A DNA stretch of 64,000 nucleotides, from the NCBI RefSeq assembly GCF_009914755.1, contig NC_060938.1; one strand, given 5' to 3'. Source of the stretch: the human T2T-CHM13v2.0 reference genome, Homo sapiens. Both the position numbers and the translations under genes were made by a program. Shown here piece after piece: positions 1-16,140 of this stretch. Positions within the stretch are counted from its first letter, which is position 1, and every line of letters starts with the position of its first letter. The notes under the pieces are model-generated. The model saw nothing but the letters and a program-made list of their open reading frames with translations, was not told where the DNA came from and made no database searches.

Positions 1-474
1 TTTATAATCCTCTTTATTTCTGTAAAATTGCTAGTAATATCCTCTATTTCATTTCAGATTTTAGTAATTTGAGTCTTCTCTCTTTTTTTTGCCAGTCATG
101 CTAAAGGTTTTCAATTTTGTTGATCTCTTTGATGAGCCATTTTTAGGTTTTTTAAAAAAATTTTCTCCTTTGTTCTTCTATTCCCTAGTCACTTATTTCC
201 ATTCTAGTCTTTATTATTTCCTTCCTTCTGCTTATTTGTGGCTTCATTTACTCTTCTCATTTTAGAGTCTTAAGAGGAAAAGGAGGTTATTGATTTGAGA
301 TTTTTCTTAATTTTTAATATAGACTTCAAGCTACAAATTTCTAAGCACTGCTTGAGCTGTATCCCATAAACTTTAGCATGTTGTATTTTTGTTTTCAATA
401 ATCTCAAAGTATTTTATAATTTCTCTTGTGATTTATTATTTGAACCATTGACTAAGAAAGAGTATGTTGTTTGA

Positions 475-970
<496 letters not shown>

Positions 971-1796
971 CTATTTTGCTGTTGTTTGGTAGAGTGTTCT
1001 ATAAATATATGTTGAGTCTACTTAGTTTATCTTCTTGTTCAAGTCTTCTAGGTTTAATTTATAGTGTTATTTATGTTTATTTGAATGATCTTCTGTCTAG
1101 TTGTTTTATGCATTGTTGGAAGTGGGGTATTGAAGTCCCCAAATATTACTGTTGAACTGTTAATTTTTCCCTTGCATTCTGTCTGTTTTTCCTTCATATA
1201 TTTTATGGATTTGTTGTTAAGTGCAAATATGTTTGTAACTGTTATATCCTATTGATGAATTGACTCTTTTATCATTATAAAATGTTCCTCTTTGTCTCTA
1301 GTAACAATCTTTGTCCTAAAGTCTATTTTCTCTGATATTAATATACCCTCCCCAAGTCTAATTTCCTTACTGATTGAACAGTATACATTTTTCCATCTAT
1401 TTACCTTCAACATTTTTCGTGTTTTTGAATCTTAGGTGTCTCTCTTGTTAACAGAATACAATCTGATTCTGTTGGTTTTTTACCCATGCTACTAATCTCT
1501 GCCTTATTTAATGTAATTACTGAAAAGATAGGATTTATGCCAACCATTTTGCTATTTGGTTCCTGCATGTCTTACGTCTCTTTTATTTCTCTATTCCTTC
1601 ATCATTGCCTTCTTTAATATTAAAGAGATACTTTCTAGTATACTATTTTAATTCCTTTGTCATATCCTTTACTACATATGTTATTTGAGTTATTTTCTTA
1701 GTGATTGTCTCAGAAGTTACAATTGACATCTTAATTATAACATCTAATTCAGATTAATAGCATCTCACTTTTAATTGTATAGAAAAACTTTGCTTC

Positions 1797-2226
1797 ACTG
1801 CAACAAAAGCCAAAATCGACAAATGGGATCTAATTAAACTGAAGAGCTTTTGCACAATAAAAGAAACTATCATCAGAGTGAACAGGCAACCTACAGAATG
1901 GGAAAAAAATTTTGCAATCTACCCATCTGGCAAAGGTCTAATATCCAGAATCTACAAGGAATGTAAACAAATTTACAAGAAAAAGAACAAACAACCCCAT
2001 CAAAAAGTGGGCAAAGGATATGAACAAACACTTCGCAAAAGAAGACATTTATGTGGCCAACAAACATGTGAAAAAAAAGCTCAGCATCACTGACCATTAG
2101 AGAAATGCAAATCAAAATCACAATGAGATACCATCTCACACCAGTCAAAATGGTGATTATTAAAAAGTCAAGAAACAATAGATGCTGGTGCGGCTGTGGA
2201 GGAATAGGGATGCTTTTACAGTGTGG
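1797..2226 (+). mobile_element. Internal L1PA ORF2 fragment, sense, without 3' end or poly(A)
   Basis: 'gacaaatgggatctaattaaact...caatgagataccatctcacaccagt' matches the 3' part of primate L1 ORF2. Confidence 0.9.
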
Positions 2227-3409
2227 AAGAGAGTGATTTATCCTTTCTCCTTTGCAATGTTATTATTATACAAATTAAATCATTATACATTATATTCTGA
2301 TCAGCACTGGTTCATAATTATTGCATTATGCAATTGTTATTTAAATCAGGATAAAAAGCATTATATGCAAAAAATACATTTATACTGTCTTTTATATTTA
2401 CTTATGCAGTTACCTTTTACAGGTGCTTATGGCTCTTTATTCCTTCACATGGACTCAAGTTACTTTCTAGTGTCCTTTTGTTTCAGTCTGAAGAATTCCC
2501 TTTAGTATTTCTTGTAAAGATGGCTTTCTAGCAACAAATTCTCTCAAGTTTTGTTTCTTTTTATCTGAGAATGCCTTCATTTTTCCTTTATTTTTGAAGT
2601 ACAGTTTTGCTGGATATAGAACTCTTGGTTAACAGTCTTTTTCTTTCAGCACTTTGAATATGCCATCCCACTGCCTTCTGGCTTGTATATTTTTAGAAAA
2701 GAAATCAGTGGTAAATCTTACTGCGCATTGCTGTATGTGGTAAGTCATTTCTCTCTTGCTGCTTTCAATATTCCCTCTTTGCTTTTGGTTTTTGGCAGTT
2801 TGATTATGTTGTGTCTATCTGAGTTTTTTCTACTTGGAGTTCATTAATCTTATTAATTGCAAACATTAAAGTTTTTCATCAAATTTTGGAGGTTTTATGC
2901 TTTTTTTCAAACGTTCTTTCACTCTTTTCTCCCATTTTTTAACGGGACTTTTATTAAGAATATACTGGTCCACTTGATGGTGTCCTATATATCTCTGAGG
3001 CTCTATTCGTTTATCTTCACTCTTTTTTCTTTCTGTTCCTTAGACTGGGTGATATCAATTGATCTATCTTCAAATTCACTGATTGTCAAATATGCTACTG
3101 GAGCCCTCCAGTCAATTTTTAATTTCAGCTACTATACTTTCAACTCCAGGATTTCAATTTGTTTCTTTTTTTATAATTGCTAACTCCATTAATATTCTTT
3201 TTTTGGTGAATCATTGTTCTCATGCTTTCTTTCAGTTCTTTAGACATGAGTTTCCTTAATTCTTTGAACATATTTTAAATAGCTGATTTAAAGCCTTTGT
3301 CTAGTAAGTCCAATATCTGATCTTCTCTCAGGATGGTTTCTATCTGCTGTTTTGTTTTTTTTGTTTTTTTGTCTGATGTATGAATTATACCTTCTGGTTT
3401 TATTTCATA

Positions 3410-3864
3410 GGTGATGGTTAATTTTATGCATCAACTTTACTGGATCATGAGACGCTCAGGTATTTAGTAAACATTATTTCTGGGTGTGTCTGTGAGGGTA
3501 TTTCTACATAAGGTTAGCATTTGAATCAGTAGACTGAGTAAAGCAGATTGCCTTCTTGATATGGGTGGGCATCCTCCAATCTGTCAAGGCCCTGAGTAGA
3601 ACAAAAAGACAGCTGAAGAGAGCGTTTTCTCTCTGATTGACTGCTTGAGCTAGAACATTGGTCTTCTGCTGTTTTCACATTGGGACTTACACCATCAGCA
3701 CTATTAGGCCTTTGGACTCAGACTGGAGCTACAGCATCAGCTTTCCTGTAGATGGCAGAAATCATGGGATTTCTCAGCCTGCATCATAGCATGAGCCATT
3801 TTCTTAGGCTAAACACACACACACACACGTCCTATTGGTTGTTTCTCTGGAAAACCCGAATACA
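3410..3864 (+). mobile_element. MLT2-family (ERVL) solo LTR
   Basis: Starts gtgatggttaattttatg, contains 'ctgggtgtgtctgtgaggg', ends (CA)n...ctctggaaaacccgaataca. Confidence 0.8.
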
Positions 3865-6299
3865 CCATGTCTGGTAACTTTTTGTTGAAAATAAACATTT
3901 TAAATGACATAACATGGCAACTCTAGGAATCAGATTCTCCTTTCTTCCCAGGGGGTTGCTGCTGTTTGTTGTTGTTGTTTGTTTAGCAACTTCTCTGAAC
4001 AAATTCTATAAAGTCTGCATTCTTTGTCATGTGTGACCACTGAAGTCTCTGCTTAGTTAGCTTAGTAGTGCTAATCCTGGGACAGAAACTTCCTTGAATG
4101 CCCAGAAACAATAAGTCTCCTGGTGTTTGTAAAGGGGCTCTGTGTGCATATTGGGACACACTCAGCCAGGCAGTATACAACTCTGCCTTAGGTTTTATTT
4201 CCTGCTTGTGTAGACCCTTAAAGTTAGCCAGAGGTGACAGCTTAGGGCTTTCTCAGGTCTTTCACTACCATGTACACATCCCTGGGCATACACACAGCAT
4301 TAAACATGCACATAGCCTTCTAGATTCTCAGGAATGTGCCTGGCATTTTTCAAAGCCCCTATGGACACATCATTCCCCAACTTTTATTTTTAAGCTTTTT
4401 GGTTAGCCTATTGTTTGCCTCAGCTGTTATCTATTGCCTCAGATTTCCATGACATTAAACAATCATTGAACATTTTTGATAAGTATTCCCAGGATAAAGG
4501 CTGTTTGTGCTGAGCAAGCTCTGAGTCATGTCAATAAAGGCAGCCTTGAGAATGGGGTCTTCTAGGGAACCATCAGGCAGGTCAAACAATGACAGTTCTC
4601 TGGAGATGGGGCTTTGAAGGGGCCCCAGTCCTATTCCGCACCTTCCAGTGGTTGTCAGGCTGCTAATTTTTGCTGTAATTGCAGGCTGTTCATTTTCAAG
4701 CATACCATGGAACTGGGAGAGGGCATGTGTGGAGTATGGAAATAAGATAAGTTAAAACACAAAAAGCTCACTGTTCTTACCATTATTCAATGATTTTTCT
4801 TGAATAAATGTTTCTGATATTGCCACAAGCCTATAGCTAATTTTCAGAGTTATGAAAAAAAAACTGGTTGTGACCATTTTGCCAGTGTTCTAATTGCTTT
4901 TATGAAGAATAAGATTTTCTAACATCCTTAGTCTGCAATTTTCTCTGTCTTCTGTTAGTTAGCACCTTCTAACACCTAACCTCAGTTGTCCCCTAGTGCC
5001 ACTTCTGCCTTATTCTATTATTAAAGCAGTTACAAACACATACCTAACTTCAAGGAAAATGGGCATCTATTCCAACTCATCATGGGGAAACGGAATTGCT
5101 CTTCTAGAACACGTATGTTCTAGAACACACGTGTTCTAGAAGAGCATACGAGACTAGAAATATTGTTGTGGCCATTTTGGGAAAATAAGTTTGTCACAGT
5201 CTTCCCTCTAGCCATAATAATTTACAACTCTCCCATAGGCAAAATTCCCAACTCTAAAGAACCTCTAAAATCTTATCTGCTTTATATATTTTTTAAAAAA
5301 CAGCAAAAATTGGAATCAGACAGGGTTCAAATTCTATCTACTCATTTTCTCTACAAATTTGGACGCGTGGCTTAACCTCTGTGAGCTTTTGTTTCTCATC
5401 TGTAAAATATAGGTGATGACACCTACCTTGAAGGGATATTGTCAGGATTGATAAAGATTCTAGCAAATGGCAATTGGTCAATAAATTGTAACTATTATTT
5501 ACATTTCTTGCCATGTTTAATAGAGTTTGACACACTATGTTTTCTTTGTATATGTGGTGTTTGATTAACCTGGCTATTTTCAGATGTTGTGGGTTATGAT
5601 TTACATCATCTAGAGAATTTTATTGAGAAGTCAGTGAAAATTCTTGCTCTTAGAGGCTTCCAACTAACATTAAATAACCAAGAAAGATATATCCAAATGA
5701 GATAGAATTACAAGGAGTACTTCATGGGCTTTTAAACACCCTCTTGTAACATTGCCTTTGGGAATTTAAGTGTAGGACAGCAGAAATTTTATATGTTGTC
5801 AATTCAATGTATTACTGTATTTCAGTTTTTGCTTTTCAATTTAGGCAGAACCGACATGTGATGATGATTTTAGTGATGACAGTCTAAATAGTCTGACTGC
5901 CTTTAAGCCAATATTTATGGCTACATAACCCAGATATGATACACATGACTCACCAGGCCATATAAGTCACTGGTATTTTATATCAAGCCAAGATTTTTCT
6001 TTTGGCATCGCATGTTTCAAGTACTCACATTGTTCCCTTTAACCTTTCCATGCTTTTATTGTGATTGACAACACAAAAGAGTTTTGTGTATCTTGCCTAC
6101 TTGGACAAAGGTCAGTACTTTTATGTCCCCCAAGAAACATACATACAGTTCTTTAAAAGTTTGGATGCATATATTTTATTATTTCTTTTAAGAACCTAGA
6201 ATTGTCATAAGTATCATTTGAACAACAAATTATTTGCAACAGATATTTATAAAAGCATTTATATGATATATATAAGAGCCTGGTAAATAGTTTGCAATA

Positions 6300-6848
6300 T
6301 AGTAGTCCCCCACTTTGAAGTTTCATTTTCCATAGTTTCTGTTACTTATGGTCAACTGTGGTACAAAAATATTAAATAGAAAGTTCCAGACATCATCGGC
6401 TCCTGATATTCAACCATTGACATTGTCATAGCTTGATGATCTAGAATCACCCAAAACAGATGATCCTCCTTCTAATGCATCATGAGAAGGTCAATAGTAG
6501 CCTAATGCTGTGTTATTCACCTCACTTCATCTTCTCATGTAGGCATTTTATCATCTCACATCATCACAAGAGAAGGGTGAGTACAGTACAATATGATATT
6601 TTGAGAGACAGGGAGAGAGAGAGACCAAATTCATATAACGTTTATTACAGGATGTTGTTATAAATGTTTGACTTTATCATGTTATTGTTGTTAATCTCTT
6701 ACTATGCCTAATTTGTAAATTAAACTTTGTCATAGGTATGTATATATAGGTAAAAACATAGTTCATAGAGGGTTCAGTACTATCCACAGTTTCAAACATC
6801 CACTGAGGGTCTTGGAACAGATCCCTGCAGATAAAGGGGGGACTACTG
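6300..6848. mobile_element. MER44-like (Tigger7-derived) MITE
   Basis: Terminal inverted repeats (t)agtagtccccc ... ggggggactactg, TA on the left flank. Confidence 0.8.
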
Positions 6849-6881
6849 TCTATTTTTTACATTCCCATCTACGTTTGATGA

Positions 6882-7313
<432 letters not shown>

Positions 7314-7509
7314 TGAAAGTTGCTGTTTTGGTTCATTCATATAGAGTCTACAGATCCTGCAGCTATAATATAATGGCCATAATAACTTTTATTATGAAAT
7401 ATTTATTAGGTGGCTAAAATGTACTAGTTATAAAATTAAAAATAAAATTAGTTATAGTTCTTTTCCAAAGGGCTATTCTGGGTTTACCTTGAAGATGACC
7501 AATATAGAC

Positions 7510-8376
<867 letters not shown>

Positions 8377-8989
8377 TCATCCTTGGCATTATTGAGGTCT
8401 TTACTAAATCCTTTCTTAATTTATTTTACCCTATCTCATCAATACATGTCAAAGCAGCTTGCTTCCCAAGTATTAAAACTTGTCTCTGCAAAGGATCTTG
8501 AGACTTTCATATCAAGATGAAAATAACTGCCTTAGGTAAAGCCACCTTAATTATCATCCTCACTGGATAGCACAAGGCATAAATTAATTTATAGAATATT
8601 AGTCTTCAGACTTCAGATGTGTTTGGGAGAGTACTGAGAGGTTCTTGTAGACTATTTTGGGGGTAACAAGTATTGACCTGAAATCGAACCACTTAAGTGA
8701 GCTTTTATTTTACCTACACTTAACCTGGCCTTCCCACAAGATACTTCTTGCAACATTTTATGAAATTTACCAAGCAAGGTTACTTGAGTTACTGGCAAAA
8801 ATATCCATATATATTAATAGTTTCCAGAAAATGGAAACATGAACCCCGGTAACAAAAGCTCTGTAAAAGACCACATTCCTACCACCAGAATGTAATCTCT
8901 CTGTGTCATTTAAAGCTGAAAGCAAATTTCACCTTCTCTTTAAGGATATATTAAACTGACATGAAAGGATTTTTCTGCCTCCACTTTTG

Positions 8990-9552
8990 CTTTCCTAAAA
9001 TCTCTTCTCTAAAGTGCAGCAAGAGCAATACATAGATCGGATCGTGTCATTACTCTGCATAAAAACCGCCAGTGGTTTTCCATCACACTTAGAATAAAAT
9101 TCTTAAAAATCCTTACTGTGGCCTATAGGCACCCTGCCTATATCATACTCTCCTTCCCTCAGCATGCCGAGACATCTCAGAATTGTCTTCCATGGACATG
9201 CCCAGCTCGCTTCCACCCCAGGGCTTCTGCCCTTTCCTGGGACATTCTTCCCCCAGATCTTCTAAGGTGGCTTCTTCCTGTCAGTCAGGTCTGCCCAGGT
9301 GCCACCTTCTCTCATAGGATTTCCCTGAGCATCTAAAGTAACCTCTCCTTCAGCCCCTCTGTCACCTTGCCTGCCCATGTCATACTCTGCTCTGCATTCT
9401 TTACAGTACTTATCCCTCTCTGCATTGACCTTGTTTGTTTTCTGTTGACCTCGGGTAAACACCATGAACGCTGCCTCTCTTCACAGTATCTCCCTCATCT
9501 ACAGCTGTGCCTGGCATATTCCGGAGGCTCAACATCTACTGAATGAATGAAA
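8990..9552 (+). mobile_element. L2 3' fragment
   Basis: 'catcacacttagaataaaa...gtgcctggcata...gaatgaatgaa' matches the L2 terminus. Confidence 0.65.
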
Positions 9553-9971
9553 TACATGGTGACTCAAGTTCTATAACATAAAATTACAAATACTATATAA
9601 AATATAGAAATAGGGCTTGCAGTCTTTCTTTTGAAGCACTATAAGAAGAACAATCTAGAGTTTGGATTCAGAACCAAATGGTCACCTTTGGTACAGATGG
9701 CATGAAGGAGAAAACTCACACAAAAGGGGTCCAGCAATGGTAAGGGAGGCAGATCTTTCCAGCAGAGGATCCTTGTCTTCCCTTGATCCCTTGTAGGTCA
9801 TACGTACATGTTCCATTCACAAAGCTGAAGGACTAGAAGTTAAAACAAGTCTTGAAAAGAATGATTTTTGCCCTATAACCAGCAATTCTAGAGTGAATCT
9901 ATAACTAAGCCCATATAAAATATGGGATGGATAATGTCAAATCATTTACAATGTATTATTAAAAATACATG

Positions 9972-10396
<425 letters not shown>

Positions 10397-10427
10397 ATGT
10401 GCTTAAAAGTAAGTTATGTTTTCTTTT

Positions 10428-10801
10428 TGTCAACTTTTATTTTTAAGTTCCGGGGTACATGTGCAGGATGTCAAGGTTTGTTACATAGGTAAATGTGTGC
10501 CATGGTGGTTTGCCGCACAGATCAACCCATCACCCAGGTATTAAGCCCAGCACCCATTAGCTGTTCTTCTTGATGCTCTCCCTGCACCTCACAGGCCCCA
10601 GAGTGTGTTGTTCCCCTTCATATGTCCATGTGTTCTGCTCGTTCAGCTCTCACTTATAAGTGGGAACATGCAGTGCTTGGTTTTCTGTTCCTGCGTTAGT
10701 GTGCTGAGGATGACAGCTTCCAGCTCCATTCCAGAGTCTACGAAGAACTTAAACAAATATACAAGAAAAAAAAATTTTAAAGTGAGCAAAGGGCATGAAC
10801 A
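10428..10801 (-). mobile_element. Short L1PA 3' end (antisense) joined to an inverted ORF2 piece
   Basis: 10428-10729 is antisense L1 3'UTR ('ggggtacatgtgcagg...cacttataagtgggaacatgc'). 10730-10801 is sense ORF2 ('ccagagtctacgaagaacttaaacaaat'). Confidence 0.8.
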
Positions 10802-13355
10802 TTTTCTTATGTATGTACACATTATTGGGTCAGGCAACGTGGTAGGTGCATTGTGTACAGGATGTCATTTATTTCTGCAAGGTAGTTGATATACCCTGTT
10901 CCAGAAGAGGAAACCAAGTCTGAGAGAGGTTAAATAACTAGTCTACAGCCTAGGCAAAAGAGAGATGATCTTTGAACTCCAATTCGTGCAGTGGTCAAGG
11001 GGTATCCTCTTTGATTGCAACATGTTTAGAATGTTTTAAGGTTATTATTTTTCTGAATGCCTTCAAATGTGACAAGTATGCTCTACTGATCCCCATTGTG
11101 TCAGACCCAGCCTGATCTAACATTTATATTACCAGCCTGGTCCCAGTCAAAGGAGCTGGAGTTTTCAGATTCTGGTGCTAACCTGAATTCTACCTACCAC
11201 TTCTTTACAAAGAGGCCTCTGCCGTGTTTGTACCAGCGGCAGGATGACTTGAAGCTCTCCATGGACATGCGGTGGGGGTGGAGGTGTTGATGGATATTGT
11301 CTTGGCTTTTGCCTTATGTGGGATTTTTAAGAAATGTGCAGGAAAAAAAAAACAGGAAAGTGTATTAGGAGAAGGCAGGATAGAAGTTTTCCTCACGTGG
11401 AGAGAGCAGGAGAATGGAGGAAGTGACTGCTGGAAGCAAAACTCTAAGAAAAAACCAATTTTACTTGGAGCTTAAAAAAGATTTTGCTGTGTAATGTGCA
11501 TTGTAACTCTTCTCCCATCTCCCCAAGGCATCTTTGGTAAAGATGTCATTGTTGGGCTTTTTGTTTTCCATGGCACAATGCACTGAAAGGGCCTCAAGGG
11601 GAAAGCAAGTCATCTCTGGAAAGCTTAGCCAGAATTTGCAACAGAAAGAGTGGGAATTTTGGAATCAGGTCCTAGGCTTGCAAAAGAGCTCTTTTTCACA
11701 GCCTTAGCTTCCTCCTTTGTAAAATGGAAAAAAAAATAGTTTCTTTTTTGCAAAGTTGTTGTGAGAATTAAATAACACTCATGAGGGGCATTGTATGGAG
11801 CTTGGCACATTCTAGGCCCTCTTTTTATATTGAACTAATATGATCTTCTCTGTAATTCCCATGAATTAATTCCAGTTCTATTTTGCAAAACATTGATTCT
11901 TTAACCTTTTTCATGTAATGGTGCTCCAGTTTGTCTAGATCCTTCAAGAAGAGAAAATGCATATCAACATCTTTGTATCTAGTTGCTCTCAAGCTTAAAA
12001 TGATGTCATTTTTCAATTATTGCTTTTATTATACAGTAAAAACATATTTAGAAGAGACTCAAGATAAATATTAAAAGTTAAGCTAGTTACTGAACAAATT
12101 TCTTAAATATTTACGAAAAATAAGATCAACACACATTTGACCATGGCAGCTTTTCTAAAGGCAAAGGATCTAATTTGGTGATTAACTAACCATATTGAGC
12201 ACTCATTAGGTGTCAGGGATGTACCAGTTCTTCTACTGTATTTGGGTGTTTTTAATTATGAATAACCAAATACAAAAATCAAAGTAGTTTAAACAATGAG
12301 GAGCATTTATTATCACTCTTAAAAATAAATTCCCAAGGTGGGCAATTGCACGGATGGCTCAATGGCTTTACAATGTGAAAGATCCAGCCACTTGCTATCA
12401 ATTCTTTTCTCTACATTGCCTTGGTTCTTTGCAAGATAACCTTGAAATTCCAGGCTCACATATAGAAATAACAACATATGGCTGAGGAAGGCATTTTCTC
12501 TCCTGTGATTCTTCTTATTAGGGAAGAAAACCTCTCTACCCCCTCAAGACTTCTCAATTTCCTTTATCCAGAATTGGGCTACCTCACTATGTCCCCAGGC
12601 AGTGCTTCTCAATTTTTTCACACCATGACACAAATACAAAGATAACGTTTTTGTGACACAGAGGGGTACCTGGGTAATGTTGCTTGTGGCCAGTCATACC
12701 ATCCCAGGGCTTCAGCAGCTCAGCCTCACTTGAATGTCCCAAGGGCTTAAGGGATCCATACCTTATCACATCTATGACCCATCTGAGACATACCAGGGTA
12801 TGCTGGCACATAGATTGGTATGCTCTGCTCTAAGCTACAAGGGAGGGTGAGAGAGCATGCATCCATATACATGCTCTAGTGAGAGAAGGATCTGCCAACG
12901 AGGAGGCTCTGCCAAGTAGTAGGAAGTGGTGGGGCAACCAACCGCATCAGTCATCTTTTCAAGGGTGCCTTCATCTATTCTAATTTTCACAACACATTTT
13001 AGGAGGAAGTATTCTGTGGAGGATAAAACCAAGGCTTATAATTTAAATGACTTGCCTGAGGTCACAGAACCAGTGAGTGGTTCAATTGACACAGCAGATG
13101 CAGATCCAGGTGTGTGCTGGGAAATGTTTAACAACCACCTTTCCAAATGTAGTTCCAACATGGCTATTGGTTAATATTTTCATTTAAGATAAAAATAAAA
13201 CAACAAAAATGTATGTTAGAGCTTATTAGTCAATGATGTGACTTCATTGCTAAATTGAATGTTTTTATGCTATTCACCATGTAACAGTTATAGACACGAC
13301 ATGTCTTTTACATTTAATCTGCATAAAACATTTTCTCTGTCACTTAAGCCTAGAC

Positions 13356-13596
13356 CAAGCTTGTCCAACCCTGGGCCTGTGGGCCGCATACAGCCCAGGA
13401 TGGCTTTGAATGCAGCCCAACACAAATTCGTAAACTTTCTTAAAATGTGAGATTTTGTGTGTGTGTGTGATTTTGTTTCGTTTTGTTTTGTATTAGCTCA
13501 TCAGCTATCATTAGTGTTAGCGTATTTTATGTGTGGCCCAAGACTATTTTTCTTCTGCCAATGTGGCCGAGGGAAGCAAAAGATTGGACAACCCTG
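13356..13596 (-). mobile_element. MER30-like hAT MITE
   Basis: 'tagctcatcagctatcattagtgttag...tgtggcc...aaaagattggaca' with degenerate 8-bp TSD gcctagac/gtctagcc. Confidence 0.85.
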
Positions 13597-13861
13597 GTCT
13601 AGCCCACAACCAGCAAAGCAATAAGTGAAGCCCTCATCTGTGGTGTCCGCTGATCAAGCTACCAAAGAAAACTCACTAAATGTGGTATTGGGAAGAGATG
13701 TACAATTACATATAGGGAATTTCCACCATGCAGACACAATGCATGTAAATTGCCTAAAGAACAAAGACAATATTAAAATGTATTAACATAATTTGGAAGT
13801 GATGTTTTTATCACATACTACCTTTGTTTAAAATTTATTTCATTGGAAGTTTATCTAACTT

Positions 13862-14202
<341 letters not shown>

Positions 14203-14899
14203 TAATAATGAGTATTTAACAAACAGCAGGCAAAATTTCTGAAAATTTAATAATCTGCTGTCATGAGCCAGTATAGGCCAGCTCTCCACACCACGGACTG
14301 GAACTAAGTTCAGCACTCTTTCCACTCCTGCTGCCTTTACTACCAGCATGTAAAAGCAATGATGCTCAGTATCGTACGGGGGACAAACCTGGGTACCCGT
14401 CATTAATTTCTGTGACCCTGGGTAGTTACTACCAGATGCTTAGTTTTCTCTTCTATAAAGGAGGAGATTAAGAGTCCTTGCCCTGTCTACCTGCAAGGGT
14501 TTTTGAGAGGATTAAACTGGTTAGTCTGTATGATAGTGCTTTGTAAACTGCAGAGTCAGGTTCAGATAAAAGGCTTTATGATGATGACAATTTCATTACT
14601 GTTTTCAACCAGGCCACCATTGTTAAGGATGCAGTGTGTCGCTGCTTTCAAAAGTATGGTTTAGTTTGAGATCTTCTGTAATGCCCAGGATAGACAGTAA
14701 ACACCCAGAAGAATTGTTCTGAAGAAGCCCACTCAAATCTGTGCTAGTCTTTACTTAGCACAAATAGGTACCTATATTGGGATGAAAACTATTTATTTGA
14801 AGCTTATAATTCACTCTTTTCTAGCTGCTGCTGGATTGTCTGACGGGTCTTTCCTGGAGTTATGGAATACTTCTCAATTTCAATAGTTGAATAAAGGTG

Positions 14900-15207
<308 letters not shown>

Positions 15208-16140
15208 TAAAAAAGTTGCTTTGCTTTTTGCACCAGACCAACTCACCAAGTTATTTTCTATGGATTATACCCGTGCACATAATGTAGTTTCCTGATTATA
15301 AATTAAATATCCCTAATGTCCACGTTGAAACACTCTCGAAACTTAAATGACCATAAACTATTTGCCTTGAGTTTGCTGAACTTGTCTTTGGGCTGTAAGA
15401 AACTCTTTTCTGCCAAGCTCTTTTCCACATCAGGCCCTTTGCCCATGCTGACCCCTCTACCTGGAAAGTTCTCCCCTGATTATGAAGCTGACTCCTTCTC
15501 ATCCTTTAGATCAAATGCTGCCTTCTTAGAGAGGTCTGCACTGAACACCTGTTTCAAGTCGTCTCCCGGATCTGTTTCCTTATTTATTTTCTTCACAGCA
15601 TGGATAACAGTATGCAATTTCCTTTCTATCTGCTGACTTATTTGTCTATGCCTCTTATTATTATGTTGGCTCTTTGTGGGCAGGGCTTGCCCATTGATGT
15701 CATTATCTACCTCCAGTGTCCCACACAGTGCTTGGTGCACAATAGCTATCTCATGAACAGATGAACTTATCTGACAAGATCCACTCTAGTATTGTAAGGC
15801 TGTGGCCATATATGGCTATCTTGAGGTGAAAGCCTACCCTAAAGACTGTCCAGGACTTGGCCTCTGGTGCTCACAGTTGCCCAGGTTTCTCTCAGGTCGC
15901 AGGATGAGCCACAGTGGTAGCATAAGACTGCTGGCTGCTCCCCTCTGCCCCTCCCTAATGGGGCTGCCCAGTGATGTCACACAGGACAGGATTCTCTAAT
16001 CCTTTTGATTCTGTAACAGTCCTCTAAGCAGCTAAGTTTCTCATAATGTATTATGATGTAGGGGAGGGAGGAAGGAGGGCCAGGGTAGGGGGCACACCCT
16101 CTCCCTGAATGAAATTCATTTAGGGGCACTGTCTGCTCGC

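Noticed and set aside
1878-2178. ORFs resembling L1 ORF2 C-terminal region
   Set aside because: Frameshifted fragment of a dead L1; not a gene.
5106-5137. AGAACA...TGTTCT as a glucocorticoid/androgen response element
   Set aside because: Spacer is 4 nt in both instances; the canonical element needs 3.
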